From NCBI GenBank assembly GCA_036351155.1, contig JAZBOO010000059.1, forward strand, positions 1 through 14,205: a stretch of DNA of 14,205 nt, given 5' to 3'. This document shows, in pieces, positions 7,015-14,205 of the stretch. Made by a program: the position numbers and the translations under genes. The notes beneath the pieces were generated by a model, which was not told where the DNA came from, searched no databases, and saw nothing but the letters and a program-made list of their open reading frames with translations. This stretch comes from Candidatus Krumholzibacteriia bacterium (GTDB lineage: Bacteria > Krumholzibacteriota > Krumholzibacteriia > LZORAL124-64-63). Position 1 is the stretch's first letter. The number at the start of each line of letters is the position of its first letter.

Positions 7015-9663
7015 ATGCCGTCCGAACGGCTGACCCCGAGCCCTCTCTCGGGCCTCCTCAGGTTGCTCTTATCACGCGAAACACACCAGGCCATCGGTGT
7101 GATTGCTGTGCTGTCCGCATTGTTCTGCGGTTTCGACGCCACGCGATCCCGCCCCAGCGACGGCACCGTCTGGCTGCTGGGCCGCCCCAGCCTGGAAGTT
7201 CTGGACACCATCACCCGGACCGAAGGCGACCCCACTCCCCTGCGCAAGGGCGACATCATTCTGGGTATTGCCAGCACCCTGGTCACCAGTCCCCAGACAG
7301 CGGCCCAGATTCTCCGCAAGCAGGAGGTGGGGACCGAAGTTCTTTACCTGGTCAAGCGCGATGGCAAGGAAACGCCCTTGCTGGTGCCGCTGACCAGCAC
7401 GCGGGTGAACCTGCAGGACTACCTGCTCAATGTGGGTCTGGCGCTGGTTTACCTCCTGATCGGGGTCTGGGTGTACAGCCGGGCTGCCAACTCTGTATCC
7501 AGCAGCCTTTTCTACTTTCTGTGCCTGCTGTTCATGCTGTACTTTCTGACGAACCTGAATCAGGTCAGCTACTATCTGGGGGCCATCATCACCCAGAATA
7601 TCGGGGCCTTCGCCCGGTTCATGCTGCCGGCGGTTTTCCTGCACTTTTTCCTGATCTTTCCCACGCCCAAGGCCGCCCTGCGGCGGCATCCGTTCCTCGC
7701 GCCGGTCATCTATGTGTTGCCGCTCATGTTCTTCATGCGCTTCACCCTGGACCAGTTCATCGGCGCCGAGGGGGCCAAGATCGGGCCCATCAGCTGGATG
7801 GTGCTGGGCCTGTACTACCTGGGCGGACTCTGGGCGTTGCTGCACGGGTACTTCAGCTATCGCGATCCCATCATGCGTCAGCGGGTGCGCATCCTGACCT
7901 TCGGCACGCTCGCTGCGGTGGCCCCCTTCCTGATCTTCAAGATCGGCATGGAGGAGCTCGGCTTCCACGGCGACCTGGCTCGCTTCGGGGTGGTTCCCCT
8001 GGTGGCCATCCCCATTTCCTTCGGCTACTGCGTGGCCCGCTACCAGGTCATGCAAATCGATATTCTGCTGAAAAAGAGCCTGTCCTATGCCCTGATCACC
8101 GGCCTGATCTGGGTCGGCTATCTGGGGGGCGCCTGGTGGCTGGGCAACAAGACGCTCAGCCTGTTCACCGGCAGCAGTCCCATTGTCTGGGCCGGCATCA
8201 CCCTGGGCGTGGCCACCGTTCTGTGGCCCATCCGCTCACGGCTGCAGCGCGAGCTGGACCATCGCTTCTATCATGCTCGGGACAACATGACCTCGCTGAT
8301 CGAGGAGTTCAGCAAGGACATTCCCCGCCTGATCCAGCGCACCCAGCTGCTCGACAGCGTGGGCAAGCGCCTTTGCCAGGCTCTTTACCTGCCCAACATG
8401 TCGTTCTATCTGAGTGGCCATGAGGGCCAGGATACCAGTTTCAAACTGGCCGGGTTTGCCATGGGGGCCGCCGCCCACGAACACACTCCCGCCGGACATG
8501 CTCACGGGGACGCCACCATCGTTTCGCTCAACCAGCACAGCTATCCCGAGGTCATGATTCTGCCGGCTCTCTCGCCCTCCCTTGCACGTCATGGCGAACC
8601 GTTCTGGGTCGATGCCGACGAGGCACGCCAGCTGGAAGGTCGGCAGGCCATCACCCGCGAGCAAGCACAGCTGAAGGCGCGGTTCCGGGAGCAGGCCCTG
8701 CTGGTCGAGAGCGGAATCCAGCTCCTGGTGCCCATGATCACCCATGGCCGGCTGGTGGGACTGATGGCCCTGCCCCACCGTCGCGGTGAGGACGATTACC
8801 AGATTCACGAGTTGCAACTGCTGACCATCGTGGCCGGACAGGTGGCCCTGCAGGCCGAGAACTCGCGACTGCTCCAGGAGGAAGTGGCCAAGCAGAAGCT
8901 GGAAGAGGAAATGACCCTGGCACGGCAGATCCAGTCCCGCCTGCTCCCCCGTGCCATTCCCCGGTATTCCGGCGTGGAGATCGAGGCCGTGAACATCAGC
9001 AGCAAGCAGGTCTCGGGCGACTACTACGACATCATCGAGCGCCAGGACGGTAAGCTCGGCCTGGTCATCGCCGATGTCAGCGGCAAGGGCATGCCGGCCA
9101 GTATCCTGGCTTCCAACATCCAGGCGGCCCTGCGCGCGCAATGCGACACCTGTGATTCCCCCGGGCTGGTGCTGGAGCGTATCAATCGCCAGATCCACGC
9201 CAGCACCGATCCCCAGCACTTCGCCACCCTTTTCCTGGCCATATTTGATCCCGTGGAGCGGACCCTGTTATACAGCTCGGGGGGACACAATCCACCGGTC
9301 ATCGTCCGCCAGGATGGGTCGGTCGAGCTGCTGGAAAGTGGCGGCTTGCCCCTGGGAGCTTTCGATTTCGGAACTTATGACGAGGGCACCGTGAAGCTGA
9401 ACGACGGTGATCTGGCGTTCTTTTACACCGATGGCTTGACCGAAACCAAGGGCCCGGACGGGGACGAAGACTTTGGCGAGGAGCGGCTCAACACCCTGCT
9501 TTGCACCGAGCGTGAGCGCACCGTGGACGAGATCTTCCAGTCCATCCAGGAGCAGTTGCACCAGTTCAGCCGGCGTTTGGATGCCGACGATGACATCACC
9601 ATGCTCGGCCTGAAGATCACCTCGGTGGAAGAGGTTGCCCTGGCCGAGTCCGGAGGAAAATAA
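7015..9663 (+). CDS. Membrane sensor PP2C/SpoIIE (RsbU-like) Ser phosphatase with PDZ, multi-TM and GAF-like domains
   Basis: ATG 7015 with GGAG RBS is preferred to the ORF-track GTG at 6856. N-terminal TM; PDZ-like LRKGDIILGI...VKRDG; about 9 hydrophobic helices; GAF-like LLVPMITHGRLVGLMAL...QVALQAENSRL; SpoIIE motifs VSGDYYD, IADVSGKG, GHNPP, YTDGLTE, DDITML. Confidence 0.93.
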   Translation: MPSERLTPSPLSGLLRLLLSRETHQAIGVIAVLSALFCGFDATRSRPSDGTVWLLGRPSLEVLDTITRTEGDPTPLRKGDIILGIASTLVTSPQTAAQILRKQEVGTEVLYLVKRDGKETPLLVPLTSTRVNLQDYLLNVGLALVYLLIGVWVYSRAANSVSSSLFYFLCLLFMLYFLTNLNQVSYYLGAIITQNIGAFARFMLPAVFLHFFLIFPTPKAALRRHPFLAPVIYVLPLMFFMRFTLDQFIGAEGAKIGPISWMVLGLYYLGGLWALLHGYFSYRDPIMRQRVRILTFGTLAAVAPFLIFKIGMEELGFHGDLARFGVVPLVAIPISFGYCVARYQVMQIDILLKKSLSYALITGLIWVGYLGGAWWLGNKTLSLFTGSSPIVWAGITLGVATVLWPIRSRLQRELDHRFYHARDNMTSLIEEFSKDIPRLIQRTQLLDSVGKRLCQALYLPNMSFYLSGHEGQDTSFKLAGFAMGAAAHEHTPAGHAHGDATIVSLNQHSYPEVMILPALSPSLARHGEPFWVDADEARQLEGRQAITREQAQLKARFREQALLVESGIQLLVPMITHGRLVGLMALPHRRGEDDYQIHELQLLTIVAGQVALQAENSRLLQEEVAKQKLEEEMTLARQIQSRLLPRAIPRYSGVEIEAVNISSKQVSGDYYDIIERQDGKLGLVIADVSGKGMPASILASNIQAALRAQCDTCDSPGLVLERINRQIHASTDPQHFATLFLAIFDPVERTLLYSSGGHNPPVIVRQDGSVELLESGGLPLGAFDFGTYDEGTVKLNDGDLAFFYTDGLTETKGPDGDEDFGEERLNTLLCTERERTVDEIFQSIQEQLHQFSRRLDADDDITMLGLKITSVEEVALAESGGK

Positions 9664-9677
9664 AAAATTACGGAAAA

Positions 9678-9706
9678 TGCAACCCTGAGGGGTCTTTTGC
9701 CGTAGA
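9678..9706 (+). promoter_or_regulatory. Putative ECF-sigma promoter TGCAAC-N17-CGTAGA
   Basis: Intergenic, about 75 nt upstream of the TPR gene start, preceded by A-rich sequence; same motif as 6688-6716. Confidence 0.5.
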
Positions 9707-9781
9707 AAACCCGAAGCGCGCGATTCCCAGGCGACCAAACCGAGCGGAATCGGCGGAATCCGTTTACCTGGAGGAAGAGCA

Positions 9782-11257
9782 GTGAAGGTCATTTTTTCGG
9801 TACTGGTTCTGGCCCTGATCGGGTTTGCTGCGGTGTTCCTGTACACCAACCAGACCGGTGGCTCACCGGTTTCAGAAAGTGCCCAGGCCGTCTCCCTGTG
9901 CGAGGAAGGATCAGCCGATCTCAATGCTTTCCGCCTGAATGATGCCCGAGACAAGCTGCTTGCCTCCCTGGAACTGGACCCCGATCTGGCCGAGGCCTCC
10001 ATTTCCCTGGCCTACACCTATGCCCGGCTGGGCCGGGAACCCGAATTCAAGTCGACCCTGGCCCGGGCCGACAGCCTGGTCGCCAATATTTCCGATCCCG
10101 ATCGCCGCATGATGGCCCAGCTGCGCCTGGCCGACGCCTCCGATTCGCGTTTCTATTCCATCCGCGACTCGCTGGTCGATCGTCTGAAGAAGGAAAAGCC
10201 CAAGAACGTCCATGTGCTGGTGGCCTTGACCAAGCGCGCCAAGACTCCCGAGGAGCAGGAAAAAGCCTGGCAGAAGGTCATGGACGCCGATCCCAACTAC
10301 GCCGTGACCTACAACATGCTGGGCTACCTGGAGCTGCACCGGGCCAACTATGACAAGGCCATCGAGCACATGCAAAAGTATGCCTTCCTGGCCCCTGATC
10401 TGGCCAACCCCCACGACTCACTGGGCGACGTGTACTTTGCCACCGGACGCTACGAGGAGGCCGAGGAAGAGTACGTCACCTCCGTGACCATGCAGCCCGA
10501 CTTCTACGTTTCGTTGATCAACCTGGGCAGGACCTATCTGGCGCGTGGGCAAATGGACAAAGGTGAAGATATCCTGGAAAAAGTGCGGGCCGAGGTCCGC
10601 GGATCCAAGCTGGAGCAGCAAGTCGACCAGGAAATCCTCATGACCATGGTGACCTACGATGTCGACAATGCTCTCGACGAGGTGTCCGCTCGGTTCATCA
10701 CCGAACATCCGGACAACGGCAACGCCGCCTTTTTCCGGGCCATGCGCCTGGCCTACAAGGGTCAGATGAACGAAAGCCAGGCCGTGATGGATTCGGCCTT
10801 GACCGTTTGGCGGCTGAGTGACCCGTACAAGAATTATGAGGAATTCCGGAAGAATGTAGATCGCTCCGGGAAGCGCTACGAGGCCTTGCTGGCCGACCTG
10901 GCCGACGCCCCGGCCACCCGGGTGCGGCACTGGGGTGGACTGGTGGCCATGAGCTCGGACGTGGTCATTCACGACCAGTGGTATGACCGCTGGCGGCTGG
11001 GCCAGGCCCTCCTGGACAACAACCAGCCTCAGCTGGCCCTGGAGCAGATCGCACCCGTCTTGAATGTCAACCCGCGGCTGATCAACCCCTTGATCCTGGC
11101 GGTGGAATCCTATCTGGCCCTGCGCCAGCCGGAACCGGCCCGTCAATCCCTGGAGCAGGCCAAGCGAGCTCTCGCCTGGGCCGACAGCGATTTTCCTCCG
11201 GTGGCCCGGGCCAAGGAACTGGAAAAGAAGGTGGCGGAACTGGAAGGCAGCAGCTGA
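9782..11257 (+). CDS. Exported or membrane-anchored tetratricopeptide repeat protein
   Basis: GTG start with GGAGGA RBS; N-terminal hydrophobic segment VIFSVLVLALIGFAAVFLY; TPR units such as LELDPDLAEASISLAYTY, DPNYAVTYNMLGYL, PDLANPHDSLGDVYFATGRYEEAEEEY, PDFYVSLINLGRTY. Confidence 0.9.
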   Translation: MKVIFSVLVLALIGFAAVFLYTNQTGGSPVSESAQAVSLCEEGSADLNAFRLNDARDKLLASLELDPDLAEASISLAYTYARLGREPEFKSTLARADSLVANISDPDRRMMAQLRLADASDSRFYSIRDSLVDRLKKEKPKNVHVLVALTKRAKTPEEQEKAWQKVMDADPNYAVTYNMLGYLELHRANYDKAIEHMQKYAFLAPDLANPHDSLGDVYFATGRYEEAEEEYVTSVTMQPDFYVSLINLGRTYLARGQMDKGEDILEKVRAEVRGSKLEQQVDQEILMTMVTYDVDNALDEVSARFITEHPDNGNAAFFRAMRLAYKGQMNESQAVMDSALTVWRLSDPYKNYEEFRKNVDRSGKRYEALLADLADAPATRVRHWGGLVAMSSDVVIHDQWYDRWRLGQALLDNNQPQLALEQIAPVLNVNPRLINPLILAVESYLALRQPEPARQSLEQAKRALAWADSDFPPVARAKELEKKVAELEGSS

Positions 11258-11276
11258 CCTCACTGCAGTTTTTTTG

Positions 11277-11310
11277 AAGCCCCCGGTCAAGATGACCGGG
11301 GGCTTTTTTT
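11277..11310 (+). terminator. Intrinsic terminator between convergent genes
   Basis: 13-bp perfect stem AAGCCCCCGGTCA-aga-TGACCGGGGGCTT running into a T7 tract. The minus strand has only a weak U-tract. Confidence 0.9.
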
Positions 11311-11329
11311 GTCGGGCCGTCCCGAAGGT

Positions 11330-12406
11330 CTAGACTTCCTGGAAAAAGTAGGGCCGCAGACACTGCACGATCTTGTCGTAGGTTTCCGGATACAGGCCCC
11401 ACACCGTAGCCGCCACGCTGCTGAGCAGGCTGTTGCCATCCTGGGGGGTGAAGCAGAAACCGGTGACCTGCCGGCCGTCCTCGGATACGTGCAGGCCGTC
11501 GGTGGGAATCACGGACTGGTTGAGAATCCGCCCGTTGAATCCGTGATCCCGCCCAAAGGAGAAGATCCCGTTGGCCGTGTGCTTGTGGGTGATGGCGATG
11601 CGGTCGTCATCGATCACGCGCCCCATGAGCTCTTCCTGAGTCACCGGTTTGTTGATCTTCATGTGGTACTGGATCACATGCATCAGCTGGGTGTTGACCT
11701 TCATGGCCGAACTGAACAGGTTCAGGTCGTATTCCTCGCCCTTGGTGCGGTAAAGATGCCAGGCATCCCGGGCATGGTGAGTGCCGAAGCGACCATCGGT
11801 GTGCTGGCCCAGCATGGGGCTGGGCATGAATCCGGTGTCCTGGCTGATGTCGTTGGAACGACGAATACAGACAAACCGCCCTTCCACCAGATTTTCCGGG
11901 CCCTCATCCCACACGCCGAAGGTCTTGATCAAGGTGGACAGGTTATGGGTGTTGCAGCTGACCACTTGCAGGTACTTATCCTCACCGGGCTTCAGCACCT
12001 CGTCATTGATGCCCCGCGCATACTGCTTGCCAAACCCGAACTGACTGCCCTGGGCAATGAACAGGTTGGTGCTCTCCTCGTACTTGCTGTACCACTGCTC
12101 CTTCATGGCGTTGCCGCTGGGCGTGCAGTCGACCACCACCAGACAGCCTTCGAGGGCCTCGTCCGTCTCGAAATCCACCTTCAGACCCAGTTTTTCGAAC
12201 ATGGGAATGCGGTCGCTGTCGGTGCACAACCTGGCTCCGCGACGCAGCAGGTTCTGCACCTTGGAACGGTCGGTCAACAGGGGCGTCCGTTTGTGGAAGA
12301 TCACCTCATCGATCCCCAGCTGGGCCTTGAAGTGACAGAGCAGACCGATCAGCGGTTCGCCGATGGTCCCGGTTCCCACCACGAGCACATTCTTGGTTCC
12401 GAGCAT
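11330..12406 (-). CDS. Class II (archaeal-type) glyceraldehyde-3-phosphate dehydrogenase homologue
   Basis: ATG 12406 with AAGGAGAG RBS; 358 aa. Rossmann VLVVGTGTIG, VVDCTPSG, FIAQG, catalytic VVSCNTH, IRRSND, THHARD, TQLMH and RDHG are colinear with the archaeal GAPDH motifs GYGTIG, DCTP, QGG, VVSCNTT, VRRAAD, SHHGPD, TTLMH and RDLG. Confidence 0.82.
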   Translation of the reverse strand: MLGTKNVLVVGTGTIGEPLIGLLCHFKAQLGIDEVIFHKRTPLLTDRSKVQNLLRRGARLCTDSDRIPMFEKLGLKVDFETDEALEGCLVVVDCTPSGNAMKEQWYSKYEESTNLFIAQGSQFGFGKQYARGINDEVLKPGEDKYLQVVSCNTHNLSTLIKTFGVWDEGPENLVEGRFVCIRRSNDISQDTGFMPSPMLGQHTDGRFGTHHARDAWHLYRTKGEEYDLNLFSSAMKVNTQLMHVIQYHMKINKPVTQEELMGRVIDDDRIAITHKHTANGIFSFGRDHGFNGRILNQSVIPTDGLHVSEDGRQVTGFCFTPQDGNSLLSSVAATVWGLYPETYDKIVQCLRPYFFQEV

Positions 12407-12443
12407 TGACCTCTCCTTCGATGGGTCTTGATGGTGAAAAAAA

Positions 12444-13862
12444 TCAAGCCTCGGGAAGCGCCCACCGCTCGTGCGGCAGCACTTCCACCGGTCTGGCAAA
12501 AAACTTGTCCGAGGGGTAGCTCAGGAAGTTACTCACCCGGCTGGTGTAAATACAAGCAAATTCCAGAACCTGACGCCCGAAACGACTGGCCGCCCTCCCT
12601 TCGCGAAACACCGATTGCCAGTGGCGATTGAAGACACCCTTCAGGGTGCGTTGCAGGTTGGCCCGCCGCCCCAGCTGGGCGGAAATTCGGGCCTCCAGGT
12701 CGGCCATATCCGCCGCCGGCATCTTCCCCAGCGCCTTGTGGTGATCTCGGGCCATGACCAGACCCTCCAGCTCGTCCTCCACCTCGGCCAGCTCCTGCCA
12801 GGTGCCGCGCAAGGGCAACAGGGCGGAGACCTCTTCCTCCACCTCGGGCACGATCATGGCTGTGCGCCACCCCACACTTCGCTTGCTGCGCAGGATGTCG
12901 CCGTAGGTGTGATCGCCGAAGTACAGGATCTCATCGCCCCCCACGCCCAGCCGCTTTTCCAGGAAGAACGAGTCTCCTCCCACGAAACACCGGTCGTGCA
13001 AGTTGGGCATCAGAGGCAACTCGTTTCGCGGCACCGGAACCCCGTCTTCACCCTTCAGGAAAAACCCGGGTTTGCGGGCAAAACAGACCACCAGATCGAA
13101 CAGAGCGACCCACGATCCCGGAGCACCACCCACCAGGTGGTTCATGACCGCCGCGGTGTAGTCGGCTTCGGAATTGGTCAGCAGGAACAGCTTCTTGCCC
13201 GTTTCCCGGAACTTCTCCAGGGTGGGCACCAGGTTGGGATCCAGCAGAAAGTACCTGTCCAGGTCAGCCATGATGCGGGACTTGAGGGACCCGTCCGCAT
13301 GAAGGGTATCCACGGCGCGCCGGATGTCATCGTAAATGGTGATGTTTTCCAGGTGATCCAGCTGGTGGCCCTGGCTTTTCAGCTCGATCAAGCCGGAATA
13401 GATGCAGCCCTCGGGCAGATCGAAAAGCGTATCGAAAACCCGGTAGCGCTTGGATCCCAGACGCACTCCTCCGCGTGGATACCGCTCCCGAAGCTGGTCT
13501 TTTTCCAGAAAATGCAGGCCGTGACGGGCCCGGGTCACGTGCTGGTAGGCATCCACCTTCAGCAGATTGCCCAGGCGCTTGTCCACGATCAGTCCCCGAA
13601 CCGTGGCGTCGGCATCCCACACGATGTCCCGGGTGGCCTCGGGATAGCCGTACTTCTCGACCAGCCGCTCCAGGGCCAGATCGAAACAGAGCTTGTTGAA
13701 GTTGGGCGTGTTGTACACCGCCAGGGTGTGGTCCATGTCGAAGCCGATGGCATCGAGGGAGTTCATGCGGAGATTGCGATTGGTGAAAATGCGTCGCTGG
13801 GGCGACACCTCTCCATCGGGATCATCGGAGGCCGACCAGGCGGGTCCAGACGAAGCATGCAT
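12444..13862 (-). CDS. HAD-IG family 5'-nucleotidase (cytosolic purine nucleotidase cN-II type)
   Basis: RIFTNRNL, GFDMDHTL (DxDxT motif I), RGLIVDKRLGNLLKVD, DTLFDLPE, LFLLTNS, ARKPGFF, LYFGDHTYGDILRSK, GWRT, FACIYTSRVSN. Confidence 0.95.
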   Translation of the reverse strand: MHASSGPAWSASDDPDGEVSPQRRIFTNRNLRMNSLDAIGFDMDHTLAVYNTPNFNKLCFDLALERLVEKYGYPEATRDIVWDADATVRGLIVDKRLGNLLKVDAYQHVTRARHGLHFLEKDQLRERYPRGGVRLGSKRYRVFDTLFDLPEGCIYSGLIELKSQGHQLDHLENITIYDDIRRAVDTLHADGSLKSRIMADLDRYFLLDPNLVPTLEKFRETGKKLFLLTNSEADYTAAVMNHLVGGAPGSWVALFDLVVCFARKPGFFLKGEDGVPVPRNELPLMPNLHDRCFVGGDSFFLEKRLGVGGDEILYFGDHTYGDILRSKRSVGWRTAMIVPEVEEEVSALLPLRGTWQELAEVEDELEGLVMARDHHKALGKMPAADMADLEARISAQLGRRANLQRTLKGVFNRHWQSVFREGRAASRFGRQVLEFACIYTSRVSNFLSYPSDKFFARPVEVLPHERWALPEA

Positions 13863-13889
13863 TGAGGAGTCCTTGATTGGCGCCGGCGT

Positions 13890-14205
13890 TCAACCGTTCA
13901 GCTGCAGCGCGGGTTCACGGCCCTGGCTCCCGGCGTTCCCCGCCAGGACTTCGGGGTGCTCCGGGAAATGGTCCGAGGCTCGGTGCCACCAGCTGGCGGC
14001 ATTGTCCTTGAAATCCATCTCCAGCATGAGGTCGCATCCCCGTAGCCAGGCCCGGTGGTTCCATGGGCTCTCGGTCACCGTGCGCAGGTAGAGCTTGAGG
14101 GCTCGCTTGCGGTCGCCGGCAAATCGAGAGCACTCGGCCATGCCAAGCCAGCCGAAAGAATACTCCGGGTCGCGGCTGAGCGCCTGTTCAAAATGTCCCA
14201 CGGCC
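13890..14205 (-). CDS. TPR protein, C-terminal part (5' end outside the window)
   Basis: The frame is open to the right edge; FEQALSRDPEYSFGWLGMAEC and YLRTVTESPWNHRAW are TPR-like. Confidence 0.75.
   Translation of the reverse strand, partial: AVGHFEQALSRDPEYSFGWLGMAECSRFAGDRKRALKLYLRTVTESPWNHRAWLRGCDLMLEMDFKDNAASWWHRASDHFPEHPEVLAGNAGSQGREPALQLNG

Noticed and set aside
9744..9760. Tandem GCGGAATC x2 upstream of the TPR gene
   Set aside because: Two 8-mers only; not an array and not distinguishable from chance.
11309..13865. + strand ORFs 11309-12409 and 12471-13865, and the 31-aa extension of the GAPDH-like ORF to 12499
   Set aside because: The ORFs are antisense shadows of motif-supported genes; the extension overlaps the nucleotidase and ignores the strong RBS before ATG 12406.

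Overview
GC-rich bacterial chromosomal window with no integrase, transposase, phage or CRISPR signal. Left to right: a minus-strand operon smpB > N-acetylmuramoyl-L-alanine amidase > GerMN-domain protein > murI (runs off the left edge); a divergently transcribed tRNA-Leu(CAG) with its own sigma70 promoter and terminator; a stand-alone CHAT (caspase-clan) domain protein whose catalytic His and Cys both appear substituted; a minus-strand pair encoding an LpdD-like protein and an inositol monophosphatase; a PDZ / multi-TM / GAF / PP2C(SpoIIE) sensor phosphatase followed by a membrane-anchored TPR protein; and a converging minus-strand operon of TPR protein (partial) > cN-II-type 5'-nucleotidase > archaeal-type (class II) GAPDH homologue. 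The best leads are the apparently dead CHAT pseudoprotease with a ~90-aa insertion, the class II GAPDH-like enzyme in a bacterial operon, and a repeated ECF-sigma-like promoter motif (aTGCAACC-N16-CGT) found in front of an unannotated 59-aa ORF plus the phosphatase, and again in front of the TPR gene. All family calls come from motif recognition by eye; no database searches were run.
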